A DNA stretch of 64,000 nucleotides from Heterodontus francisci. Taxonomy: Eukaryota. Below the pieces are notes generated by a model that was given only the letters and a program-made list of their open reading frames with translations, was not told where the DNA came from and searched no databases. Numbering within the stretch: position 1 is the first letter of the stretch; each line of letters begins with the position of its first letter. Below, piece by piece: positions 30,201 through 43,700 of the stretch. A program made the translations under genes and the position numbers. Location of the stretch: positions 118,095,593 to 118,159,592 of the forward strand of contig NC_090378.1 of NCBI RefSeq assembly GCF_036365525.1, read 5' to 3'.

Positions 30201-33200
30201 TACTGGGTAACACATCCACACTCAGAGACACGCACCTACAGACAGTACTGGGTAACACACCCACACTCAGAGACACACACCTACAGACAGTACTGGGGAA
30301 CGCACCCACTCTCAGAGACACACACCTGCAGACAGTCCTGGGTAACACACCCACACTCAGAGACACACACTGACAGACAGTACTGGGTAATACACCCACA
30401 CTCAGAGACACACACCTACAGACAGTACTGGGTAACGCACCCACATTCAGAGACACTCACCTACAGACAGTACTGGGTAATACACCCACACTCAGAGACA
30501 CACACCGACAGACAGTACTGGGTGACACACCTACACTCAGAGACACACACCGACAGACAGTACTGGGGAACGCACCCACTCTCAGAGACACTCACCTACA
30601 GACAGTACTGGGTAACACATCCACACTCAGAGACACACACCTACAGACAGCACTGGGGAGCGCACCCACTCTCAGAGACACACACCTACAGACAGTACTG
30701 GGTAACACACCCACACTCAGAGACACACACCTACAGACAGTACTGGGTAACACACCCACACTCAGAGACACACACCTACAGACAGTCCTGGGTAACACAC
30801 CCACACTCAGAGACACACACCTACAGACAGTACTGGGTAATACACCCACACTCAGAGACACACACCTACAGACAGTACTGGGTAATACACCCACACTCAG
30901 AGACACACACCTACAGACAGTACTGGGGAACGCACCCACTCTCAGAGACACACACCTGCAGACAGTCCTGGGTCACACACCCACACTCAGAGACACACAC
31001 TGACAGACAGTACTGGGTAATACACCCACACTCAGAGACACACACCGACAGACAGTACTGGGTGACACACCTACACTCAGAGACACACACCTACAGACAG
31101 TACTGGGGAACGCACCCACTCTCAGAGACACACACCTGCAGACAGTCCTGGGTAACACACCCACACTCAGAGTCACTCACCTACAGAAAGTACTGGGTAA
31201 TACACCCACATTCAGAGACACACACCTACAGACAGTACTGGGTAACACACCCACACTCAGAGACACACACCTACAGACAGTACTGGGTAATACACCCACA
31301 CTCAGAGACACACACTGACAGACAGTACTGGGTAATACACCCACACTCAGAGACACACACCTACAGACAGTACTGGGTAACACACCCACATTCAGAGACA
31401 CTCACTGACAGACAGTACTGGGTAACACATCCACACTCAGAGACACACACCTACAGACAGTACTGGGGAACGCACCCACTCTCAGAGACACACACCTGCA
31501 GACAGTCCTGGGTAATACACCCACATTCAGAGACACACACCTACAGACAGTACTGGGTAACACACCCACATTCAGAGACACTCACTGACAGACAGTACTG
31601 GGTAACACATCCACACTCAGAGACACGCACCTACAGACAGTACTGGGTAACACACCCACACCCAGAGACACACACCTACAGACAGTACTGGGGAACGCAC
31701 CCACTCTCAGAGACACACACCTGCAGACAGTCCTGGGTAATACACCCACATTCAGAGACACACACCTACAGACAGTACTGGGTAACACACCCACACTCAG
31801 AGACACAGACTGACAGACAGTACTGGGTAACACACCCACATTCATTGACACTCACTGACAGACAGTACTGGGTTACACATCCACACTCAGAGACACGCAC
31901 CTACAGACAGTACTGGGTAACACACCCACACTCAGAGACACGCACCTACAGACAGTACTGGGTAACACACCCACATTCAGAGACACTCACTGACAGACAG
32001 TACTGGGTAACATCCACACTCAGAGACACGCACCTACAGACAGTACTGGGTAACACATCCACACTCAGAGACACACACCTACAGACAGTACTGGGGAACG
32101 CACCCACTCTCAGAGACACACACTGACAGACAGTACTGGGTAAAACACCCACACTCAGAGACACACACCGACAGACAGTACTGGGTGACACACCTACACT
32201 CAGAGACACACACCTACAGACAGTACTGGGGAACGCACCCACTCTCAGAGACACACACCTGCAGACAATCCTGGGTAACACACCCACACTCAGAGACACT
32301 CACCTACAGACAGTACTGGCTAATACACCCACATTCAGAGACACACACCTACAGACAGTACTGGGTAACACACCCACACTCCGAGACACACACCTGCAGA
32401 CAGCACTGGGGAACGCATCCACTCTCTGAGACACACACCTACAGACAGTACTGGGTAACACACCCACACTCAGAGACACACACCTACAGACAGTACTGGG
32501 TAACACACCCACACTCAGAGACACTCACCTACAGACAGTACTGGGTAATACACCCACACTCAGAGACACACACCGACAGACAGTACTGGGTGACACACCT
32601 ACACTCAGAGACACACACCAACAGACAGTACTGGGGAACGCACCCACTCTCAGAGACACTCACCTACAGACAGTACTGGGTAACACATCCACACTCAGAG
32701 ACACACACCTACAGACAGTACTGGGTAATACACCCACATTCAGAGACACACACCTACAGACAGTACTGGGTAACACACCCACACTCAGAGACACACACCT
32801 ACAGACAGCACTGGGGAACGCACCCACTCTCAGAGACACACACCTACAGACAGTACTGGGTAACACACCCACACTCAGAGACACACACCTACAGACAGTA
32901 CTGGGTAACACACCCACACTCAGAGACACACACCTACAGACAGTACTGGGTAACACACCCACACTCAGAGACACACACCTACAGACAGTACTGGGTAATG
33001 CACCCACTCTCAGAGACACTCACCTACAGACAGTACTGGGGAACGCACCCACTCTCAGAGACACACACCTGCAGACAGTCCTGGGTAACACACCCACACT
33101 CAGAGACACTCACCAGCAGACAGTACTGGGTAATACACCCACATTCAGAGACACACACCTACAGACAGTACTGGGTAACACACCCACACTCAGAGACACA

Positions 33201-36200
33201 CACCTACAGACAGCACTGGGGAACGCATCCACTCTCTGAGACACACACCTACAGACAGTACAGGGTAACACACCCACACTCAGAGACACTCACCTACAGA
33301 CAGTACTGGGTAACACACCCACTTGCAGAGACACTCACTGACAGACAGTACTGGGTAACACATCCACACTCAGAGACACGCACCTACAGAAAGTACTGGG
33401 TAACACACCCACACTCAGAGACACACACCTACAGACAGTACTGGGGAACGCACCCACTCTCAGAGACACACACCTGCAGACAGTCCTGGGTAATACACCC
33501 ACATTCAGAGACACACACCTACAGACAGTACTGGGTAACACACCCACATTCAGAGACACTCACTGACAGACAGTACTGGGTAACACATCCACACTCAGAG
33601 ACACGCACCTACAGACAGTACTGGGTAACACACCCACACTCAGAGACACACACCTACAGACAGTACTGGGGAACGCACCCACTCTCAGAGACACACACCT
33701 GCAGACAGTCCTGGGTAAAACACCCACACTCAGAGACACACACTGACAGACAGTACTGGGTAATACACCCACACTCAGAGACACACACCTACAGACAGTA
33801 CTGGGTAACGCACCCACATTCAGAGACACTCACCTACAGACAGTACTGGGTAATACACCCACACTCAGAGACACACACCGACAGACAGTACTGGGTGACA
33901 CACCTACACTCAGAGACACACACCTACAGACAGTAATGGGGAACGCACCCACTCTCAGAGACACTCACCTACAGACAGTACTGGGTAACACATCCACACT
34001 CAGAGACACACACCTACAGACAGTACTGGGGAACGCACCCACTCTCAGAGACACACACCTGCAGACAGTCCTGGGTAACACACCCACACTCAGAGACACA
34101 CACCTACAGACAGTACTGGGTAACACACCCACACTCAGAGACACACACCTACAGACAGCACTGGGGAGCGCACCCACTCTCAGAGACACACACCTACAGA
34201 CAGTACTGGGTAACACACCCACACTCAGAGACACACACCTACAGACAGTACTGGGTAACACACCCACACTCAGAGACACACACCTACAGACAGTACTGGG
34301 TAACACACCCACACTCAGAGACACACACCTACAGACAGTACTGGGTAATACACCCACACTCAGAGACACACACCTACAGACAGTACTGGGTAATACACCC
34401 ACACTCAGAGACACACACTGACAGACAGTACTGGGTAATACACCCACACTCAGAGACACACACCTACAGACAGTACTGGGGAACGCACCCACTCTCAGAG
34501 ACACACACCTGCAGACAGTCCTGGGTAATACACCCACATTCAGAGACACACACCTACAGACAGTACTGGGTAACACACCCACACTCAGAGACACACACTG
34601 ACAGACAGTACTGGGTAACACACCCACATTCAGAGACACTCACTGACAGACAGTACTGGGTAACACATCCACACTCAGAGACACGCACCTACAGACAGTA
34701 CTGGGTAACACACCCACACTCAGAGACACGCACCTACAGACAGTACTGGGTAACACACCCACATTCAGAGACACTCACTGACAGACAGTACTGGGTAACA
34801 CATCCACACTCAGAGACACGCACCGACAGACAGTACTGGGTAACACATCCACACTCAGAGACACACACCTACAGACAGTAATGGGCAACGCACCCACTCT
34901 CAGAGACACACACTGACAGACAGTACTGGGTGATACACCCACACTCAGAGACACACACCGACAGACAGTACTGGGTGACACACCTACACTCAGAGACACA
35001 CACCTACAGACAGTACTGGGGAACGCACCCACTCTCAGAGACACACACCTGCAGACAGTCCTGGGTAACACACCCACACTCAGAGACACTCACCTACAGA
35101 CAGTACTGGGTAATACACCCACATTCAGAGACACACACCTACAGACAGTACTGGGTAACACACCCACACTCAGAGACACACACCTACAGACAGCACTGGG
35201 GAACGCATCCACTCTCTGAGACACACACCTACAGACAGTACTGGGTAACACACCCACACTCAGAGACACACACCTACAGACAGTACTGGGTAACACACCC
35301 ACACTCAGAGACACTCACCTACAGACAGTACTGGGTAATACACCCACACTCAGAGACACACACCTACAGACAGTACTGGGTAACACACCCACACTCAGAG
35401 ACACACACCTACAGACAGCACTGGGGAACGCACCCACTCTCAGAGACACACACCTACAGACAGTACTGGGTAACACACCCACACTCAGAGACACACACCT
35501 ACAGACAGTACTGGGTAACACACCTGCACTCAGAGACACACACCTACAGACAGTACTGGGTAACACACCCACACTCAGAGACACACACCTACAGACAGTA
35601 CTGGGTAATGCACCCACACTCAGAGACACACACCTACAGACAGTACTGGGTAACACACCCACACTCAGAGACACACACCTACAGACAGCACTGGGGAACG
35701 CATCCACACTCAGAGACACTCACCTACAGACAGTACTGGGTAATACACCCACATTCAGAGACACACACCTACAGACAGCACTGGGGAACGCACCCACTCT
35801 CAGAGACACACACCTGCAGACAGTCCTGGGTAATACACCCACATTCAGAGACACACACCTACAGACAGTACTGGGTAACACACCCACATTCAGAGACACT
35901 CACTGACAGACAGTACTGGGTAACACATCCACTCTCAGAGACACTCACCTACAGACAGTACTGGGTAACACACCCACACTCAGAGACACACACCTGCAGA
36001 CAGTCCTGGGTAACACACCCACACTCAGAGACACTCACCTGCAGACAGTACTGGGTAATACACCCACATTCAGAGACACACACCTACAGACAGTACTGGG
36101 TAACACACCCACACTCAGAGACACACACCTACAGACAGCACTGGGGAACGCATCCACTCCATGAGACACACACCTACAGACAGTACAGGGTAACACACCC

Positions 36201-39200
36201 ACACTCAGAGACACTCACCTACAGACAGTATTGGGTAACACACCCACTTGCAGAGACACTCACTGACAGACAGTACTGGGTAACACATCCACACTCAGAG
36301 ACACGCACCTACAGACAGTACTGGGTAACACACCCACACTCAGAGACACACACCTACAGACAGTACTGGGGAACGCACCCACTCTCAGAGACACACACCT
36401 GCAGACAGTCCTGGGTAATACACCCACATTCAGAGACACACACCTACAGACAGTACTGGGTAACACACCCACATTCAGAGACACTCACTGACAGACAGTA
36501 CTGGGTAACACATCCACACTCAGAGACACGCACCTACAGACAGTACTGGGTAACACACCCACACTCAGAGACACACACCTACAGACAATACTGGGGAACG
36601 CACCCACTCTCAGAGACACACACCTGCAGACAGTCCTGGGTAACACACCCACACTCAGAGACACACACTGACAGACAGTACTGGGTAATACACCCACACT
36701 CAGAGACACACACCTACAGACAGTACTGGGTAACGCACCCACATTCAGAGACACTCACCTACAGACAGTACTGGGTAATACACCCACACTCAGAGACACA
36801 CACCGACAGACAGTACTGGGTGACACACCTACACTCAGAGACACACACCTACAGACAGTACTGGGGAACGCACCCACTCTCAGAGACACTCACCTACAGA
36901 CAGTACTGGGTAACACATCCACACTCAGAGACACACACCTACAGACAGTACTGGGGAACGCACCCACTCTCAGAGACACACACCTGCAGACAGTCCTGGG
37001 TAACACACCCACACTCAGAGACACACACCTACAGACAGTACTGGGTAACACACCCACACTCAGAGACACACACCTACAGACAGCACTGGGGAGCGCACCC
37101 ACTCTCAGAGACACACACCTACAGACAGTACTGGGTAACACACCCACACTCAGAGACACACACCTACAGACAGTACTGGGTAACACACCCACACTCAGAG
37201 ACACACACCTACAGACAGTACTGGGTAACACACCCACACTCAGAGACACACACCTACAGACAGTACTGGGTAATACACCCACACTCAGAGACACACACCT
37301 ACAGACAGTACTGGGTAATACACCCACACTCAGAGACACACACTGACAGACAGTACTGGGTAATACACCCACACTCAGAGACACACACCTACAGACAGTA
37401 CTGGGGAACGCACCCACTCTCAGAGACACACACCTGCAGACAGTCCTGGGTAATACACCCACATTCAGAGACACACACCTACAGACAGTACTGGGTAACA
37501 CACCCACACTCAGAGACACACACTGACAGACAGTACTGGGTAACAAACCCACATTCAGAGACACTCACTGACAGACAGTACTGGGTAACACATCCACACT
37601 CAGAGACACGCACCTACAGACAGTACTGGGTAACACACCCACACTCAGAGACACGCACCTACAGACAGTACTGGGTAACACACCCACATTCAGAGACACT
37701 CACTGACAGACAGTACTGGGTAACACATCCACACTCAGAGACACGCACCGACAGACAGTACTGGGTAACACATCCACACTCAGAGACACACACCTACAGA
37801 CAGTAATGGGGAACGCACCCACTCTCAGAGACACACACTGACAGACAGTACTGGGTGATACACCCACACTCAGAGACACACACCGACAGACAGTACTGGG
37901 TGACACACCTACACTCAGAGACACACACCTACAGACAGTACTGGGGAACGCACCCACTCTCAGAGACACACACCTGCAGACAGTCCTGGGTAACACACCC
38001 ACACTCAGAGACACTCACCTACAGACAGTACTGGGTAATACACCCACATTCAGAGACACACACCTACAGACAGTACTGGGTAACACACCCACACTCAGAG
38101 ACACACACCTACAGACAGCACTGGGGAACGCATCCACTCTCTGAGACACACACCTACAGACAGTACTGGGTAACACACCCACACTCAGAGACACACACCT
38201 ACAGACAGTACTGGGTAACACACCCACACTCAGAGACACTCACCTACAGACAGTACTGGGTAATACACCCACACTCAGAGACACACACCTACAGACAGTA
38301 CTGGGTAACACACCCACACTCAGAGACACACACCTACAGACAGCACTGGGGAACGCACCCACTCTCAGAGACACACACCTACAGACAGTACTGGGTAACA
38401 CACCCACACTCAGAGACACACACCTACAGACAGTACTGGGTAACACACCTACACTCAGAGACACACACCTACAGACAGTACTGGGTAACACACCCACACT
38501 CAGAGACACACACCTACAGACAGTACTGGGTAATGCACCCACACTCAGAGACACACACCTACAGACAGTACTGGGGAACGCACCCACTCTCAGAGACACA
38601 CACCTGCAGACAGTCCTGGGTAACACACCCACACTCAGAGACACTCACCTACAGACAGTACTGGGTAATACACCCACATTCAGAGACACACACCTACAGA
38701 CAGCACTGGGGAACGCACCCACTCTCAGAGACACACACCTGCAGACAGTCCTGGGTAATACACCCACATTCAGAGACACACACCTACAGACAGTACTGGG
38801 TAACACACCCACATTCAGAGACACTCACTGACAGACAGTACTGGGTAACACATCCACACTCAGAGACACTCACCTACAGACAGTACTGGGTAACACACCC
38901 ACACTCAGAGACACACACCTACAGACAGTACTGGGTAACACACCCACATTCAGAGACACTCACTGACAGACAGTACTGGGTAACACATCCACATTCAGAG
39001 ACACTCACCTACAGACAGTACTGGGTAATACACCCACACTCAGAGACACACACCGACAGACAGTACTGGGTGACACACCTACACTCAGAGACACACACCT
39101 ACAGACAGTACTGGGGAACGCACCCACTCTCAGAGACACGCACCTACAGACAGTACTGGGTAACACACCCACACTCAGAGACACACACCTACAGACAGTA

Positions 39201-40038
39201 CTGGGTAATACACCCACACTCAGAGACACACACCTACAGACAGTACTGGGGAACGCACCCACTCTCAGAGACACACACCTGCAGACAGTCCTGGGTAACA
39301 CACCCACACTCAGAGACACACACTGACAGACAGTACTGGGTAACACACCCACATTCAGAGACACTCACTGACAGACAGTACTGGGTAACACATCCACACT
39401 CAGAGACACGCACCTACAGACAGTACTGGGTAACACACCCACACTCAGAGACACACACCTACAGACAGTACTGGGTAATACACCCACATTCAGAGACACT
39501 CACTGACAGACAGTACTGGGTAACACATCCACACTCAGAGACACGCACCTACAGACAGTACTGGGTAACACACCCACACTCAGAGACACACACCTACAGA
39601 CAGTACTGGGTAAAACACCCACACTCAGAGACACACACCTACAGACAGTACTGGGTGACACACCCACACTCAGAGACACACACCTACAGACAGTACTGGG
39701 TGAGACACCCATACTCAGAGACACACACCTACAGACAGCACTGGGTGACACACCCACACTCAGAGACACTCACCTACAGACAGTACTGGGTAACACACCC
39801 ACACTCAGAGACACACACCTACAGACAGTACTGGGTAACACACCCACACTCAGAGACACACACCTACAGACAGTACTGGGTAACACACCCACACTCAGAG
39901 ACACACACCTACAGACAGTACTGGGTAACACCCCCACACTCAGAGACACTCACCTACAGATAGTACTGGGTAATACCCCCACACTCAGAGACACTCACCT
40001 ACAGACAGTACTGGGTAACAGTCACACCCACACTCAGG
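12290..40038. repeat. 45-bp tandem satellite, about 27.7 kb and about 615 units; consensus CACACCCACACTCAGAGACACACACCTACAGACAGTACTGGGTAA
   Basis: Continuous tandem units with recurrent variant types and occasional 43/44-bp units. Source of all THPHSETHTYRQYWV and VGVLPSTVCRCVSLS ORFs. Confidence 0.98.
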
Positions 40039-40222
40039 GTCATGTACACAATGATACCCTGACTGCTCCTCTCTCTAAACTGAGACCTCACTTGGTTCAG
40101 TTTTGTACTGTTACCATGAGGCATTGGTTAAGGTGGGAGAAATGAACATTGTGAGTGTGGCCTCCAGCCCTGAGATTGTCCCAGGCTCATTTCAGGTATT
40201 ACTCAGCAGTCAGCACAGAGTG

Positions 40223-40260
40223 CACAGTGCGATCCCACCAGCTGGGGCTACACCAACACC
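40223..40260 (+). other. Orphan recombination signal sequence downstream of Ig C (candidate KDE/RS-like element)
   Basis: CACAGTG (40223-40229), 22-nt spacer, ACCAACACC (40252-40260, 7/9 to ACAAAAACC). Same orientation as the J RSS. No FGxG J coding sequence next to it. Confidence 0.55.
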
Positions 40261-40389
40261 TCCAGTGTGAAGAGTGAAGTGTGAATGCTGGGATTGTGAT
40301 GATTTAATTCCAGCTGCTTTCAGTTTCTGTTTTTAATCTTGTAATCTCAAGGGATTTGAGATAAAACTGATCATTTTAATATGATTTAC

Positions 40390-40510
40390 AATTGGCTATG
40401 AATCAATTCTGCTTCTGACATGTTATTGATTGACAGGTCAACCAGCCAATCATCAGATTCACTTGCTGAAATGCAGCCAATCAGCTGACAGGAAGGTGGG
40501 ACATTTCCAA
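40390..40510. promoter_or_regulatory. Transcription-factor motif cluster 3' of Ig C (candidate enhancer/promoter)
   Basis: ATTGG 40391; TGATTGACAG 40427-40436; CCAAT 40446 and 40477; E-boxes CACTTG 40460 and CAGCTG 40482; CAGGAAG 40489; kB-like GGGACATTTCC 40498-40508. Confidence 0.35.
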
Positions 40511-40838
40511 AGCACTCCCAAGACATTTACTGAATATTCTTAATGTTTATTACCTTTTACTGATTTACCTTTACAGAAAAAAGACTTGAATAAACAGCCC
40601 AGCGAGAGGTAGCTGGAGAAATTCACAGGGAGAATGGAGGTTTATTAAAACAGTTGTGGCGATTTTCTCAATAACATGAGAATCCTGTCGCTTTAAACAG
40701 AGACTAAACTTTAAATTGTAACTGCAGAGTGAGCAGGAAGGAGGTCTGGTTTACTGAGCGGCGAATTCTGAGGTTCACATTATTTTAGCTCAGCTGACAG
40801 TCTTCAGCATCTTAGAGAGGTTTTACTTGGCATCACGA

Positions 40839-40988
40839 GTCTACATTGTCCAATCAAACACTCCCAGGGCAGGTACAGTACGGGTTAGATACAGAGTAAA
40901 GCTCCGTCTACATTGTCCAATCAAATACTCCCAGGGCAGGTACAGTACGGGTTAGATACAGAGTAAAGCTCCCTCTACACTGTCCCAA
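40839..40988. repeat. 67-bp tandem repeat, about 2.2 copies
   Basis: GTCTACATTGTCCAATCAAACACTCCCAGGGCAGGTACAGTACGGGTTAGATACAGAGTAAAGCTCC at 40839 and 40906, partial at 40973. Confidence 0.9.
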
Positions 40989-41075
40989 TTTCGAGCCTTA
41001 ACCCCTGATCCTCAGAAGTGTCTCAGACCCAGTCACGAGAAGGAAGAGAGTTGAAATTCCGTGTTGAAAATTACC

Positions 41076-41081
41076 TTTATC
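41076..41081 (-). terminator. Possible variant poly(A) signal GATAAA for the IgL transcript
   Basis: About 60 nt after the stop codon and followed by pyrimidine-rich sequence. The nearest canonical AATAAA seen on the minus strand is at 40641-40646. Confidence 0.25.
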
Positions 41082-41142
41082 CTCCCAGCTCACCCCTGTT
41101 ATATTTAAAGTTGTGTCTCCTCTGCGGACTGTCTCTAACACT

Positions 41143-41471
41143 CTACACACATTCTGATCTGCTCACACTCTTACTGAGGGGAGAGGAGAGGGTCTCATGG
41201 ATCAGGGCACAGGAGAAGCGGGCGTTGGACTCCCAGTCAGAGCCAGAGAGGGTCAGCAGGCTGCTGACACTGTAGGTGCTATCCGAAGCTCGCAGGTAGT
41301 TGCTGGTCTGAACCCCGGCCGAAATGGCTGCACCGTCCTTCTTCCACTCTACCCCCACTTCATCGGGATAGAAGTGATCGGCAAGGCACACCAGGGTGGC
41401 AGTGCCCTTGGCCTTGACCTCCTCCTCCGAGGGGGGCAGCAGGGTCAGTGTGGGTTGAGACTTCTCTCGGC
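41143..41471 (-). CDS. IGKC: Immunoglobulin light chain constant exon, kappa (elasmobranch type III / NS4-like)
   Basis: Pyrimidine tract and AG acceptor (TTTCTCTTCTCTTTCAG|GC). Open frame (S)REKSQPTLTLLPPSEEEVKAKGTATLVCLADHFYPDEVGVEWKKDG...STYSVSSLLTLSGSDWESNARFSCALIHETLSSPLSKSVSRSECV*. Both C1-set cysteines, conserved Trp and penultimate interchain Cys present. Confidence 0.96.
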
Positions 41472-41504
41472 CTGAAAGAGAAGAGAAAAACTGTTAATCA
41501 CTGC

Positions 41505-42830
41505 ATGTTTGTGTGCTCGGTGTATATATTTGTGTGTTGTGGGTATATGTGTTCTTTGTGCATTTTTGCATATTCTGTGTATATCTGTGTTTCCTGTGTG
41601 TATATTTGTGTGTTCTGTGTGTATATTTATGTGTTCTATATATATTTGTGTGTTCTATAAATATTTATGTATTCTGAGTATATATTTATTTGTTCTGTGT
41701 ATATGTGTGTGTTCTGCATATTGTTACAAGAGATTTATTTTTGTACTAAAATCTTAGAATTCTGTGTGTTTTTAAAAATTGAAAACAGGATTTCCAGTGG
41801 ACATGGACACCTGCAACTAGCTGAAATTTTTGGATGTTGACTTTGTATACAAGAATAGGAAAAGCAAACCGTTTCAAGGAAGCCTGCCAAGGGGTTTTTG
41901 ACCTCCTCAGAGCATCACTTTGAATGACAGTGGATACTCTATGTCTGGTCATGTGATTGGCTCAGGAAGGTTTACTGTCACTTCAGACCCTTTTAAAATC
42001 CAATGAGTTAGACAAAAAGCAGGCATTTGAAATTTGGTTGCTGATCTGCCTTGAGATCAAAGTTGAAGACCAAAAAAGACCTCTCTCTGTAAAGGATACT
42101 TGCATCTCTTGAAAAGAAACCTTGTATTTGAAAGGTGGCAGATTCCGATTGCCTCCTGTCTCTGAAGAATTCCTGCATCCAGCATGGTTCCTGTTGCCTG
42201 CTGTGTTTTGGGAAATCCTGGAACCTGAAGAAAGCTTCTACTGCAATACTGCTGCTGTGAGCCCTCAGCAGACCTGTTGCTACACCCCTGCCAAAAGTCC
42301 TGTGTGACGCCTACTGTAGCCGAATTGCCCTGAACGCCGACCCATCACAGACTGTTCATCAACTTCTCCTGGAGAGACTTTGAGTGGCATCCGACTATTC
42401 AACTCTGGGACACCTCATTCAACTAAAGAACTTCATATCAAGAACGTGACAAACTGATTTATTTTATTATTCCTTCTATTCCTAAGAAACAGCTGTGACC
42501 CGTGAAGAAGTGGGACTGAATTAATATTTATTTCTTCCACCTTGGTCGGAACAATATATATTATTTTGTTCTTTGTGTATTTGTGTGCTCTTTGTGTATT
42601 TATGTGTTTCAGTGTATATTTGTATTATCTGTGCATTTTTGTGTTCTATGTCTATGCTTCTGTGTTCTCTATATATTTTTGTAAATTCTGTGTTCATATT
42701 TGTGTGTTCTGTGTGTTTATATTTCTGTGCTGTGTGTTTGTGTATTCTGTGTTTATTTGTATGTTTTGAGTCTATTTGAGTGGTCTATGTGTATATTCGT
42801 CTGTGTCTCTCTGTGGGTGTTTCTACATTG
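41505..42830. repeat. TG/TA-rich low-complexity repeat in the J-C intron, split by a solo LTR
   Basis: Degenerate ~20-bp TGTGTATATTTGTGTGTTC units at 41505-41720 and 42555-42830. Confidence 0.8.
41722..42553. mobile_element. Solo LTR (832 bp) in the J-C intron
   Basis: TGTTACA...GGAACA termini, 4-bp TSD ATAT (41718-41721, 42554-42557). Right end (GGGACTGAATTAA...) resembles the end of the solo LTR at 366-1262. Confidence 0.75.
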
Positions 42831-43249
42831 GAATTCACATTGGATAACAGACAGCTGGGTTGATGAACTCCTGTTTGTGTTTAACCATTAGAGGTGAGAA
42901 CCATTAATTCTTGATTTCCTTCTGTTTTGCCTAGCTTGCTAAGTTTAGTCTAAATATAAATACATTGAATCGTTTGATGTTTAGATGGTTAAATCGTGTT
43001 GGACAGTTTTTTAAATCTGTAATGAAGGGTTACCACAAATTCAGCACTGAAATGGTTATAGTAAGAGTGTTTGAAGACTCAGTGTCCCTTTAAGACACTG
43101 TTAACCTGACAGGAAGCTCGAACTATAGATCAGTCTATCTGGAGGAAACAGGCTCAGTGTTAACAAATCTCAGATCACACATACACATCGGGAGAACTTT
43201 CTCCGGAACACTGGAACAGACTTGTCTCAACACACTTCAGAAATAACAA

Positions 43250-43700
43250 CAACCAAAACAATAACTTGTATTTATATGTTCAGTGATTGCTTTTAAGAAT
43301 AATGTACCTTTAAGATCTTTGTATGCTAATGAGGTGAGCACCACTATTTGAGATCTTCAACAGCCAGATCTCCACATACCTCAATAATGTTGCATCAGAC
43401 AACATAAAAAGCTTCTCATTACATGGTGGCAGCTGTGGTGTATAGCGCCTTTAATCTCATTAAGCCCTTAAAACCTCTCAATGCGCTTCACAGGAGCATT
43501 ATAAAACAGAAATATGACACTGAGCCACAAATGGAGATAAAGGAGGAAAGTGAGGTAGATGATGAGCAGATGAGCTGAGCAGGGACACAGTCGTGTGATG
43601 TTACTGCGGTGGAAATAGGGGGTCTTAGTGATGGTCGGAACATGAGGTCAGAAATATGACACCAAGGCTGTGAACAGTCTGGTTTAGTCTCAGACGGGGG
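43250..43700 (-). mobile_element. Degenerate L2-like LINE 3' fragments
   Basis: AACAAC...TTGTATTTATAT and TATAGCGCCTTTAA...GCGCTTCACAGGAGC are tail-like sequences shared with the SINE tails nearby. Confidence 0.4.

Noticed and set aside
12664-39963. Very long ORFs (up to 2400 aa) of THPHSETHTYRQYWV repeats
   Set aside because: Automatic result of a 45-bp unit lacking a stop in one frame. Frames are broken at random by 43/44-bp units and point stops, and there are no unique termini or splice signals.
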